A stretch of DNA of 64,000 nucleotides from contig JAWLHB010000014.1 in NCBI GenBank assembly GCA_041690595.1, forward strand, positions 62,001 to 126,000, given 5' to 3'. Under the pieces are notes generated by a model. That model saw nothing but the letters and a program-made list of their open reading frames with translations. It ran no database searches and had not been told where the DNA came from. Shown one piece after another: positions 44,452 through 54,700 of the stretch. Every line of letters starts with the position of its first letter. The first letter of the stretch is position 1. The translations under genes and the position numbers were made by a program. The stretch is from Lentisphaeria bacterium (lineage in GTDB: Bacteria > Verrucomicrobiota > Lentisphaeria > JABSQK01 > JAWLHB01).

Positions 44452-47400
44452 ATGATGATGACCTCTGCCACCACTGCCCGCCTGTTTGCCTTGCTGGCCG
44501 CGCTCCCCTGCCTCGCCCCATTCTCCCATGCAGCGTCCATCCAGAGCGGCAATGCCCTCGCCTCTTCCTTTGCCTCGCGGGCCATCGCCATCGACGGCCG
44601 CTTCGAAGATTGGCCCGAGGTCAACTCCTCGCGTCTGGCACCCTTCAGCGAAATCTCGGGGAAGGCCGATCCTGCCATGGCGCGGGTCTTCAGCCAGTAC
44701 CCCAACCTCATCGGCAGCGCGGCAGAGATCTGGCTGGCCCATGACCACCAGGCCCTCTATGTCGGCATGCGCCTCAGCACCGCCACTCCCACCAACAACG
44801 CCCCCAATCCCGCGGAATGGTACTCCGGCGGCGACGGAATCATCCTGCACGCCACCGACCCGGACGGACGCTCCTTCTCGCTGCTCTGGTGGGGCTTCTC
44901 CCCGCACGGCGAAGCCCGCGTCTCCGTCCGTACCGGTGATGCGTGGCTGGAGCTTGGCGCCCTTCAGGGCTCGGCCGCCGCCCAAGCCGGCGCCGGTTGC
45001 GACCTCGAGATCACCATCCCATGGGCCAGCCTTGGCTGGACAGGTGAATCCCCGGCTCGACTCCAGCTCGTCTGGGAGGCAGCCTTCAACGGTATCGACC
45101 GCGACATCCTCAAGGCGCTCCCCCAGGAAATGCGCATCCACCTCGGCATGCACTCCACCTTCAACCTGCTCACTGCACCCTCCAAACTCGCCAGCCGCAA
45201 TTACCTTTCCCGCCCTCAGTGGTGGGGCACGCTGCGCTTCGCCGACGGCGAGGATAGCCCCGGCGACACCCAGGAAACGCTGACGGGGACCGGCATCGCC
45301 GAATGGAACGCCGCGCGCTCCACCTCCCCCATCACCATCGATGGCACCCTCGACGACTGGCCCGCCGACCGACTCCTCTCCGCTTCCCCGTCACCCTGGG
45401 CCTATGAAAACCGCTACCGCACAGACGTCGGCATCGCCTGGGACGATGACCACCTCTACCTCGCCTTCCGCTTCCACGACGGCGAGCCGATGTTCAATAC
45501 CGAAGTCGCCCAGAAGCAGATGGGATACCGCGGCGGCGACTGCATCCAGCTCCGCCTCAAGATGGGAGAGGCCGTCGCCAATCTCTGCGGCTGGTACGAT
45601 CTTCAAAACGCCATCCCCGCCCTGACTGCCGACGGCAAGGAGCGCCGCCAGCCGGACCTCCTCGCGGTCGGCGCCGCCGAAGCCTTCACCCCACTGCCCG
45701 GTGGACGCGGCTACATCCAGGAGATTGCCATTCCCTTCTCTCAGCTCCTGCCGAAAACACCCGCCGTCGGTGACAGCTGGAACGCCACCATCCAGCTCTG
45801 GTGGGCCGGCATCGACGAGCGCTTCTCCGTCGAAACCGCCGTCGACTTCGCACGCCCGGCGCCGCTGCGCACCACCTATGAGCTGCCCCGCGATGCCGAC
45901 GTCAGCCTCGGCCTCTACGACGCCCGTGGCAAGCTCCTTCGCCACCTGGTCAAGAACGAACCACGCAGCGCCGGACTCAATACCGAAAGCTGGGATGGTC
46001 TCGACCAATGGGGCACCCCAATCCCCGCCGGCAGCTATCTCCTCAAGGGGATACACCATGACCCCCTCCGCCTCGACTACCTGATGAGTGCCACCAACCC
46101 CGGCACGCCGCCATGGTGGACGGTCGACGGCAAAGGCGGCTGGCTCAGCGATCAGGCCGCTCCCCAGGATGTTGTCACTGACGGCCATACCGTCTACATC
46201 GCCGCCCCCTACGCCGAGGCCGGCCACGCCATTATCGCAGTGGGGCCTGACGGCAGGCGCATCTGGGGCATCAACCCCCACGTGGGCACCCCTCGCTGCA
46301 TCTCCCTCGCCCTCATGGGCGACCGACTCTATGCCGTCTTCAGCGGCCCCGAACTGACCGAGAGCGTCAATCAGTATGCCGACGGCGACAAGACCGCGAT
46401 AGGCCGGGCCATGCTCATGTGCTTCGATACCCGCACCGGCGAGCTCGCCGGCCCCAGCGTCAAGTCTGGCGCCCCCGTCAGGTTCACCACCTGGGACTAC
46501 CGCCACGACGTGCACAACCTCTGGGACCTGCGCCTCCAGCAGCGCTTCAGCCCCGCCACCTATGGCGGCATGCACCGGTACAGCAACTCCGGCATGTGCG
46601 AGACCACCAATGCCCTTGGCCTCGCCGCCGTCGGCACCACCCTCGTCGCCTCCATGTTCTACGACAACGAGCTGCTCCTGCTCGATCCAGAGACCGTCCA
46701 GATCACCGGCCGCATCCCCATCGAAGCGCCGGCCGGCCTGCACGGACTGGACGATCGTCACCTCCTCGCGGTCAGTGGCACACGCCTGGTCAAGGTCGCC
46801 ATCGATACCGGCGCCATCTCCCCCATCGTCACCGAAGGCCTGCTCGCCCCCTTCGGCGTGACCACCGACGCCAACGGCGATATCTACGTCAGCGACTGGG
46901 GAGCCTCCTTCCAGGTCAAGAAGTACCGCCCGGACGGCTCCTTTGTCGCGGCCATCGGCAAGCCCGGCGGCCGGCCGTGGATCGGTGACTTCACCCCCGA
47001 AGGCATGGCTCTTCCCCGCGGCATCGCCGTTACCGGCGACGGCAGGCTCTGGGTCGCCGAGGATGAGTTCTCCCCCCGCCGCGTCAGCGTCTGGGATGCC
47101 GCCAACGGCACCCTCATTCGCGACTACATCGGCCCCGCCAACTATCGCGGCTGGGGGCTCGTCGTCGATCCACTCAACCCGCGCCGCATTCTCACCTGCG
47201 GCACCGAATTCGAACTGAACGTCGACGAGAAAAGCTATACCCCCTTGCGCAAGCTCTTCCTGCGCCGAAGCCGCGAGGATCTCTTCACTCCCGATGGCAA
47301 CGGCATGGGCGCCTTCTCCAAAATCATCCACCGTAACGGTGAAGAGTTCCTGGTCCTCGGCAACCGCCACCAGCTCATCGTCACCCAGAAACGCGGCGAC

Positions 47401-49110
47401 GAATATCGTCCCGTTGCCGCCGTCAGCGGCTTCGAAGCCGCAAGTACTATCGACGGCACCCAGATGAAGTACTGGGACAGCGATCTGCGCTATCACTTCC
47501 TCCCCAACTGGTATCCCGACTTCTTCCGGGGACATGCCGGCCACAACTACATCTGGAACGACACCAGCGGTGATACCATTGCCCAGGAGCAGGAAATCTC
47601 CTGGCTCACCAACACCCTCCGCCGCGGCGATCTGCATGCCCCGGGCCGCATCGGCGAATGGGGCGCCGCATGGGGACTCGGCTTCGGCCCCAACTGGGAA
47701 GTCTACATCTCCGGTTTCTGCCGCGACGCCACCATCATCTACCGCCTCGATCCCGAGTTCACCCCCGAGGGCCTGCCGCGCTACTCCTTCGACAGATGCA
47801 CCCCCATCGTCACCCATCTCGATGCCGGTGTCAAGGTCCACAGCCTCTATGCATCCAGCAGCGGCAAGCTCTTCGTCACCTACTACAACGATGTCAACCG
47901 CGACGTCATTACCGATCACGCCATCGTCTGCTACGACCGCGACGGCAACCAGTTGTGGTCCATCGCCGGCCCCCGCGACACCGCCCCCAAGTCCATCTAC
48001 GGGTGCGTCAATGCCGAATTCTCCTATCCCCACTTGGGCAGCGGCGTCGTCACCTGGGTATGGTGGCACAACGGTCGCGCCTATCTGCTGACCGACGATG
48101 GCCTCTACCTGGCCGGATTCCTCGACAACGATGCCGCCATTGGCCCCACCTTCACCCGCCAGGGAGGCGAAACCTCCTCCTTCGCCAGCCAGGCCCCCGA
48201 CGGACGCCTCTACCTCATCAACGGCGCCAACTCCGCCCACCATTTCCTCGAAATCAAGGGGCTCGACACGGCCCGCCGTTTCGAGCAGGAACTGGTCATC
48301 AGCGAGGCGGACGAAGCAGCCATCGCCAGCGCCTCGCGGGACTCTGCCCTCGCCGCGCGCGAGCAACCGCTCCTCGTCATCCAGCACCTTGCCGCGCCTC
48401 CCGCCGCGGATAGCTGGCAGCTCGATGCCGAAGGCGTCCTCCTCACCACCTCCCGCAAGGGTGGACGAGGCGCCCGCATTGCCCTCAAGACCGATGGCCG
48501 TCTACTCTACCTGGCCGCCCGCGTCCGTGATGAAAGCCCCATGGTCAACCAAGGCGATAACTGGCAGATTCCCTTCCTCACCGGCGACTGCGTCGACCTC
48601 ATGCTCGCCATCGATCCTCAGGCCGATCCGCGGCGCCGCCAGGCAGCCGCAGGCGACGTGCGCGTACTCTTCACCGAGTTGCGCGGCGAACCCATGGCCG
48701 TCCTCTACCGGCCGGTCTCACCGGGCGCGAGCGAGCCCGTGCAGATGCTCGCCACCACCATCGACGAAGTCCGCCGCTTGCCCGAGTGCGAGGTTACCAT
48801 CCACCGCGACACCGACGGCTACACCCTCTTCGCTCAGCTTCCCCTCGCCAGCCTCGGCATCACCTCTCTCCCCGCCAGCCTGCGCGGTGACGTCGGCATC
48901 ATCTACAGCGATGCCACCGGACGCGACCGCGATCAACGCCTCTACTACTACAACGCCCACACCGCCATGGTCGCCGACCTCACCACCGAAGCCAGCCTGA
49001 CTCCCGACAAGTGGGGTGACATCCTCATCACCCTCCCTGACAATCGTCTCCGCAACCCCAGCTTCGAAGAGCCGCTCAAAAAAAAAGCCCCGCCGACGGC
49101 TGGACGGTAG
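44452..49110 (+). CDS. Large secreted protein: CBM9-like domains, FlgD-like Ig domain, NHL/beta-propeller repeats (first part of split gene)
   Basis: Signal peptide; IDGRFEDW and IDGTLDDW..WDDDHLYLAF; VSLGLYD.RGKLLRHL..WDGLD..G..PAGSY; P.G+..D..G.IYVSD repeats. Confidence 0.75.
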   Translation: MMMTSATTARLFALLAALPCLAPFSHAASIQSGNALASSFASRAIAIDGRFEDWPEVNSSRLAPFSEISGKADPAMARVFSQYPNLIGSAAEIWLAHDHQALYVGMRLSTATPTNNAPNPAEWYSGGDGIILHATDPDGRSFSLLWWGFSPHGEARVSVRTGDAWLELGALQGSAAAQAGAGCDLEITIPWASLGWTGESPARLQLVWEAAFNGIDRDILKALPQEMRIHLGMHSTFNLLTAPSKLASRNYLSRPQWWGTLRFADGEDSPGDTQETLTGTGIAEWNAARSTSPITIDGTLDDWPADRLLSASPSPWAYENRYRTDVGIAWDDDHLYLAFRFHDGEPMFNTEVAQKQMGYRGGDCIQLRLKMGEAVANLCGWYDLQNAIPALTADGKERRQPDLLAVGAAEAFTPLPGGRGYIQEIAIPFSQLLPKTPAVGDSWNATIQLWWAGIDERFSVETAVDFARPAPLRTTYELPRDADVSLGLYDARGKLLRHLVKNEPRSAGLNTESWDGLDQWGTPIPAGSYLLKGIHHDPLRLDYLMSATNPGTPPWWTVDGKGGWLSDQAAPQDVVTDGHTVYIAAPYAEAGHAIIAVGPDGRRIWGINPHVGTPRCISLALMGDRLYAVFSGPELTESVNQYADGDKTAIGRAMLMCFDTRTGELAGPSVKSGAPVRFTTWDYRHDVHNLWDLRLQQRFSPATYGGMHRYSNSGMCETTNALGLAAVGTTLVASMFYDNELLLLDPETVQITGRIPIEAPAGLHGLDDRHLLAVSGTRLVKVAIDTGAISPIVTEGLLAPFGVTTDANGDIYVSDWGASFQVKKYRPDGSFVAAIGKPGGRPWIGDFTPEGMALPRGIAVTGDGRLWVAEDEFSPRRVSVWDAANGTLIRDYIGPANYRGWGLVVDPLNPRRILTCGTEFELNVDEKSYTPLRKLFLRRSREDLFTPDGNGMGAFSKIIHRNGEEFLVLGNRHQLIVTQKRGDEYRPVAAVSGFEAASTIDGTQMKYWDSDLRYHFLPNWYPDFFRGHAGHNYIWNDTSGDTIAQEQEISWLTNTLRRGDLHAPGRIGEWGAAWGLGFGPNWEVYISGFCRDATIIYRLDPEFTPEGLPRYSFDRCTPIVTHLDAGVKVHSLYASSSGKLFVTYYNDVNRDVITDHAIVCYDRDGNQLWSIAGPRDTAPKSIYGCVNAEFSYPHLGSGVVTWVWWHNGRAYLLTDDGLYLAGFLDNDAAIGPTFTRQGGETSSFASQAPDGRLYLINGANSAHHFLEIKGLDTARRFEQELVISEADEAAIASASRDSALAAREQPLLVIQHLAAPPAADSWQLDAEGVLLTTSRKGGRGARIALKTDGRLLYLAARVRDESPMVNQGDNWQIPFLTGDCVDLMLAIDPQADPRRRQAAAGDVRVLFTELRGEPMAVLYRPVSPGASEPVQMLATTIDEVRRLPECEVTIHRDTDGYTLFAQLPLASLGITSLPASLRGDVGIIYSDATGRDRDQRLYYYNAHTAMVADLTTEASLTPDKWGDILITLPDNRLRNPSFEEPLKKKAPPTAGR

Positions 49111-49652
49111 GTAAGGAACTCAACGGCGCCACGGCGCTGTTGGCGGAGAATGCTTCCTTTACCGGCAGCCATTCCCTGCTCCTCGAACAGCAACTGCCCA
49201 TTACCCTGCCTGCCGACCCCGACGCCCGCCGTGATCCCCGCACCTTCCAGGCGCAGCTCAACAATGGTCGCGGCGGCGGTTTCGTCCTGGTCGATCAGCG
49301 CGTCCCTGTTGAGGCCGGTCGCGACTACAACCTCCGCTTCGCCTGGCGCTCGCGAGGCCTCGTTCGCGAGCAACGAGGCGGTCCCCATGGCTATGCGGGC
49401 ATGGCTGTCTGGATCTTCTGGGGCAACGATCAGGGCGCGCTTGGCCATGTCTGGGCGTTCCGTGCCGATACCGACAGCGCCACCTGGCAACAGCTCCTCA
49501 ACCCCCGTGCCGGGTACGTCCCCATCGCCGGCCTCCCCTATACCGCCCCCGACGGTGCTACCTACGCCCAGATTCGCCTCCAGATGGTCGTCAACACCGA
49601 CGCGACCCCCAGCGTCTGGCTCGACCAGGTCGAGTTCGCCCCGACCCCCTGA
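49086..49652 (+). CDS. C-terminal CBM4/9-like domain of the preceding gene, out of frame at an A9 tract
   Basis: Upstream NRLRNPSFEE continues in the -1 frame as SPADGW..GSHSL..QRVPVEAGRDY..WQQ..APDGATYA..VWLDQVEF. Confidence 0.7.
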   Translation, partial: SPADGWTVGKELNGATALLAENASFTGSHSLLLEQQLPITLPADPDARRDPRTFQAQLNNGRGGGFVLVDQRVPVEAGRDYNLRFAWRSRGLVREQRGGPHGYAGMAVWIFWGNDQGALGHVWAFRADTDSATWQQLLNPRAGYVPIAGLPYTAPDGATYAQIRLQMVVNTDATPSVWLDQVEFAPTP

Positions 49653-49821
49653 GCCCGGCCATCATGACACCCCTCTGTCACCCGCATCAGCCCCTTCCTG
49701 AACATGACTTTATAGCCACTGTTTGAAAAAAAAAGGTTGCACAGACGCGGATGTGAGGACATTTTGTCGGGACCTTGAAAAGATTGGTCTACGAAATTGT
49801 CGCACAAAGGACGGGCTGCGT

Positions 49822-50700
49822 ATGTTGAGTAATGGGCAGGGACTGGATTCACTACTGCCGCCGGAGGTCGCCGCGAAGGCGGAGAGTCTCGGCGTAAAAA
49901 AAGGCAGCATGGACACATGGTCCATCCTCCTCCTCTCCATTCTGGCCGGAGCATTCATCGCCCTGGGATCCATGTTCTATACGATCGCCGTCACCGGCAC
50001 CGGCGCCACCCTGGGCTATGGCATGATGCAGCTTGCCGGTGGTCTCGCCTTCTGCCTTGGCCTGATCCTTGTCGTCGTCGGCGGAGCTGAACTCTTCACC
50101 GGCAACAACCTCCTCATCATGGCCACGGTCAGCGGCAAGCTCTCCTATGGCAAGCTCGTGCGTAACTGGACTCTGGTCTACGTGGGCAACCTCATCGGCT
50201 CGCTGTTCACCGCCCTGCTCATCTACTTGGCCGATTTCCACCTCGGCAACGGCGGCGAGCTGGGGCTGACCGCCCTGCGTGTGGCGGAATCGAAGTGCAG
50301 CCTGCCCCTGGTGCCAGCGCTGATGCGGGGCATCTACTGCAATGCCCTCGTCTGCCTGGCTGTCTGGCTCACCTTCTCCTGTCGAACCACCGGTGACAAG
50401 ATCCTCGCCATTCTCTTCCCCATCACCGCCTTCGTCGCCGCCGGCTTCGAGCATTGCGTCGCCAACATGTATCTGATCCCCTATGGAATCATGGTCCACC
50501 GAGGTGCCGAGGCGGAGTTCTGGGCCCGCACCGGCCATGCGGCGGCAGAGTACACGCACCTCACCATGCAGGGCTTCATCGTGGGCAACATGCTGCCTGT
50601 CACCATCGGCAATATCATTGGGGGCGCCGGCTTCGTCGGTCTGGTCTACTTCCTGGCCTACCGTCGCAACGGAGGGGTGGTGGAACCTGCCGATGTTTGA
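49822..50700 (+). CDS. focA: Formate/nitrite transporter (FNT, FocA-like)
   Basis: LAGAFIALG, GAELFTGN, GNLIG, CNALVCLAVW, GFEHCVANM and GNIIGG motifs. Confidence 0.9.
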   Translation: MLSNGQGLDSLLPPEVAAKAESLGVKKGSMDTWSILLLSILAGAFIALGSMFYTIAVTGTGATLGYGMMQLAGGLAFCLGLILVVVGGAELFTGNNLLIMATVSGKLSYGKLVRNWTLVYVGNLIGSLFTALLIYLADFHLGNGGELGLTALRVAESKCSLPLVPALMRGIYCNALVCLAVWLTFSCRTTGDKILAILFPITAFVAAGFEHCVANMYLIPYGIMVHRGAEAEFWARTGHAAAEYTHLTMQGFIVGNMLPVTIGNIIGGAGFVGLVYFLAYRRNGGVVEPADV

Positions 50701-51787
50701 GAGCGGGCGTTTCGCGGGCGCACAGAAAGCTGAACACATCGCCACGGATCTTCGCCGCCGCATTGCCCGCGGCGACTATCCCGCGGGTGGCCGGATCCCA
50801 ACTCGCGCCGAACTCTGCGCCACCTATGACGTCAGCAACGCCACCCTGCAGCGCGCCCTCAACTGGCTGATCCAGGAAGGGTTCGTCATCTGCCGCGGCC
50901 GCAGCGGCACCTTCGTGCGCACCGATTCTCCCCACCTCACCCAGTACGCCCTCATCTTTCCGCTCCCTTTCCCCAACGGCAACCCCACCCATGGCTTCTT
51001 CCGCGCCCTGCGCCTGGAGGCTGAGCAGCTCGAAGGCCCGGCCACCTTCCGCATCATCGACGGCTTCACGGGCAGCGGCGGCATGCTCGACTACCAGGAA
51101 CTTCTCGACGATGTGCGTAACAACCGCCTCGCCGGACTGATCTTTGCCGCCGCGCCGACCTACTTCATCGGCTCGCCGCTCCTGGCTCAGGATGGCGTGC
51201 CATGTACCGCCATCATGGCTCCGGGGCACACCCAGCAGATGCCCGCGGTCACCATGGATGAGCACGATCTCGTCATGCGCATGGCCGATTACCTGCGCGA
51301 CCACGGCCGCCACCGGACCCTCGTGCTGGTCAACTCGGGCTCGCAACCAAGCGATGCCGGCCCGTTGCGGGAGATCCTCGCCAGCCGCGGCCTGAAGGCA
51401 GGGCCACACGACATCGTCGGCGTCAGCCTGCAGGAGCCGGGGTGGACCGAGGCGATCGTGGTTCAGCACTTCGACCGGCCCGCCGGGCAACGCGCCGATG
51501 CCATGATCGTTCTCGACGATGCTGTCCTGCCCGACGCGGTCAGGGGGCTGGCCACCCTGGGTCTGCGGGTGCCGAGCGATGTCCTGGTCGTCGCCGCAAG
51601 CTGGTTCCCATGGCCCGTACCGGCCGCTTCCCCCGTCACCCGCTTCGGCTTCTCCGTCCCCGACATCCTGAAGCTCTGCATGGAAACCATTGACGGCAGC
51701 CGCCAAGGCAAGGCGCCTCCCGCGGTTCAGCGTATAGCCGCCTGCCCGGAGCCGCCCCATGATGGGCCCGTGACCCCTACGGCTTGA
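50693..51787 (+). CDS. GntR-family regulator with LacI-type domain
   Basis: GDYPAGGRIPTRAELC..YDVS..T..RAL..L..EG....GRSGTFV; GLRVPSDV. Confidence 0.88.
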   Translation: MFESGRFAGAQKAEHIATDLRRRIARGDYPAGGRIPTRAELCATYDVSNATLQRALNWLIQEGFVICRGRSGTFVRTDSPHLTQYALIFPLPFPNGNPTHGFFRALRLEAEQLEGPATFRIIDGFTGSGGMLDYQELLDDVRNNRLAGLIFAAAPTYFIGSPLLAQDGVPCTAIMAPGHTQQMPAVTMDEHDLVMRMADYLRDHGRHRTLVLVNSGSQPSDAGPLREILASRGLKAGPHDIVGVSLQEPGWTEAIVVQHFDRPAGQRADAMIVLDDAVLPDAVRGLATLGLRVPSDVLVVAASWFPWPVPAASPVTRFGFSVPDILKLCMETIDGSRQGKAPPAVQRIAACPEPPHDGPVTPTA

Positions 51788-54700
51788 TTCGCAGACGCAC
51801 GAGCCGATAGTCGTAAGCTTCCAGCTCGATGGCCAAACGTCCCGCCGCGGTAACCTCCAGCCCTTCCTCAGGCTGCTCGGCATCCAACGCCCCCTCGACC
51901 TCAACTCCCGCGGCAGCCTTCCACTCGACCGTCACCGCCGCGTTCGTGTCGTTCAGCGCCACCAGCAACAGGTCGCTGCCCCGGCGATAGGCCGAAACGT
52001 AGACGTGGTCGACGGGGCTCCACGTATAAAGCTCTTCCGACTTCCAGTAGGGAATCCAGACGGCATCCGGCTGATTCCAGCCGAAGTCGCCGAGCAATCC
52101 CAGCGCGTGCCGCACCTGCGCGTTGCTCGTGAGGTACGGATTCATGTCCAGCAGCATGTGCACCCCCATCCAGTGGCGGGCCACCTTCTCGGGTGCGCCG
52201 GGCTGATCCACCGACCACGGCTCGAACTTGCCCCCAGGTCCAAGGGTGGAAGCGACAAAGCCATACTGATGCCCCATCGTCTCCGTAATGAGATAGTCCA
52301 TCCCGAACTTGGTCAACTGTCGCTGCTCGGGGTCGGCATTGATCTCCTCGTAATCCCAGGTCGTCGTGCAGAAGGCCATGGGCCCCGCGTAAGTGGTGCT
52401 GGTATTGTGCATGACGATAATCGGAATCTCCTGCCCGCGTTGCTGCATCAGCGTATAAAGCCGCTTCCACAGGTCGCGATAGGCAAAGAGGCGCGTCGTC
52501 GGCATCTCTCGTCCCAGCTCGTCCAGATACCCCAGCCCCGTCGCCGGATTGTACTGCCCCTCGTTCTGGATCTCGTCGAAGTACCAGTAGTCGATCCCCA
52601 GATCCATCCCCAGTTGAAAGCACCACATGTCGTAGTCGATACGGCTGGGCGTGCTCGAGATCTGGTAGGCCGCATGGTGCGGGGCATTCATGATGACGCT
52701 CTTCCGGCGGTCCCCGGTCGTCGGCGCCCACTCCCACGCATACGCCTTCTCCATCTCGCCGATCAGCGAGCGTGCCCGCATGTCTGTGTAGACGAGCGTC
52801 TTGCGGCCATCCTTCTCGATCTGCGCCGTATGCTCGGCAAGCGCTTTGGCCGCGTCGTCGTTGATGGGACGCAGATGGGCAAAGGTGTAGTTGGTCGGGT
52901 AATTCTCCTTCTCCTGGCCCTTGAAGCACCAGCCGGTCCAGCCGATCCAGTCGAAGCGCGGCCACTGCTGCCTGGTCACGCCGGCATCGCACAGACCGAT
53001 ATCCCGTGCCCAGGGTGCCCGCGGCCGCACCGGCGTCGCCTCCAGCGCAAAGACCAGCCGGCGCGCCTCGGCTCCCTTCCACGCCGCGGCTGTCGTGTAG
53101 TTGACGATGTGGAAGACCAGCTCGACCCGGCCATCCCGCCGAAAGATCTCCACCACCGGCGTATCCTTGTCCCGCGGCAGCGTCCACCCTTCAGCCGAAT
53201 CCGCCCACCAGCAGAGACCACGCTCATGATCCCCAAGCCAGACATAAGTCAGGAAGCTGGTCGGATTGGTCCAGTTGACAATCTGCGTCGAATCCCAGAC
53301 ACGCCCTTCCCCTTCGGGCAGCGCGTGGCTGTAGTTGGTGCGGCACCCATCCCCGGCCGCATGCAGAAATTGCGCGTGTTCCGCCTTGAGCGGGATGACC
53401 AGATCGAGGCTCTCCAACTGGCTCTCCGGTGCGGCCACCAGCTCGATGGCATACTTGAGCATGCCGTCGAACTCCGCCTGCATGTCGATCCGCGCGGTCA
53501 AGGGCCCGAACGTGCCGTGCGAGACGCTGCTCGCCGTCACCCCGTCGCCGCTCAGGGCTCCCCCCGCCGCCGTCAGGATCCGACGTTCACCTCCGCTGGT
53601 CGCCACCAGGTGTATCGGGGCCGCCAGCAGCTCCGCACCGGCGCTTTCGATCTGCACCGGCAATCCTGCCGACAGATCGTGACGCCGATTCCATACCTCC
53701 AGCACACTGCCCGCCGTCACGATCGGGCTCCAGGGCGCCAGCACCTCGTGCGATACGCCGATCGTGTTGTGCTCGAAGGGATAGTCCGCTTTCTCGAAGG
53801 TGTCGCTCCGGCTCGCCAGTTGCTTTCCTTCCTTGTCGACAAGACGGCCGGTTACCGTATAGGTGCCGACGGCCAGCGTTTCCGGCACCTGCAAGACGCT
53901 TTCAGCGGTCAGATTGGCGAAGTCGCTCGTCTCGGCGGCGGCAAGCTCCCGGCCCTCCCCATCCGTAACCTGCCAATGCACGGCGGCAACCGTGTCGGGC
54001 GACTCCAGCCCCCCGAAGTCGGCCACCGCCCGCACCCGGTGGAAATACGGCAGAAAATAGGCTTCCAGCAGGATCGGCTCGACGGGAGGAGGCGTGAAAT
54101 CGGCCCATTTCGGGCTCCGTGGCCGGGTCAGTTTGTAGAGTCCCGCGAAGTAGGTCGTCCCATTCTCCGCATCGACGATCTCCATGTGCAGCCACTTCGC
54201 CCCCGGATCGCCGGGTACCGGCAGCCGCCAGGTGCTCGTCTTGCTCTCACCCGGTGCGAGCGAGAGTCGATTGAGCGCCGCTGGTGGAGCATCCGGCGCC
54301 TTCTCCGGCTGATCCGTCAGGTAGAAGGACGCATTGACCCGCAGTTGCCGCTCCAGCGTGTTGCGGACCTTCAGCGTGGGGGAGAGGGTTTCCCCCAGCA
54401 CGTCGCCGATCTCCGTCACCTGCACAAGCGGTGCCTGCTCGTCGAGAATGAACTTGTAGTAGCGGCTGCGGTTGGCGAAAGGTTCCCCCACCGTGCCCGA
54501 AAAGTAATTGACGGCGCCCCGCACTTGGCCCGCGAACAACACGCCCCAGATCCCTCCCTGCTCCAGCCGGGCACCCTGCAGCGCATCCGCCGGCGCGCTC
54601 AACTCCACCGTCCACCATCCATCCTGCCACGAGTCCGCATACTCCCACGCCACGTCGAAGGGCACGAATCCTCCGATCCGCTGGCTGTAGCCGATATTGT

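Noticed and set aside
45391..48387. 998-aa antisense ORF (likewise 34153-36897, 52005-54758, 55261-57582, 27841-29781, 5670-7484)
   Set aside because: Shadow ORFs opposite well-supported genes. They are expected in GC-rich DNA with biased codons and show no recognisable motifs.
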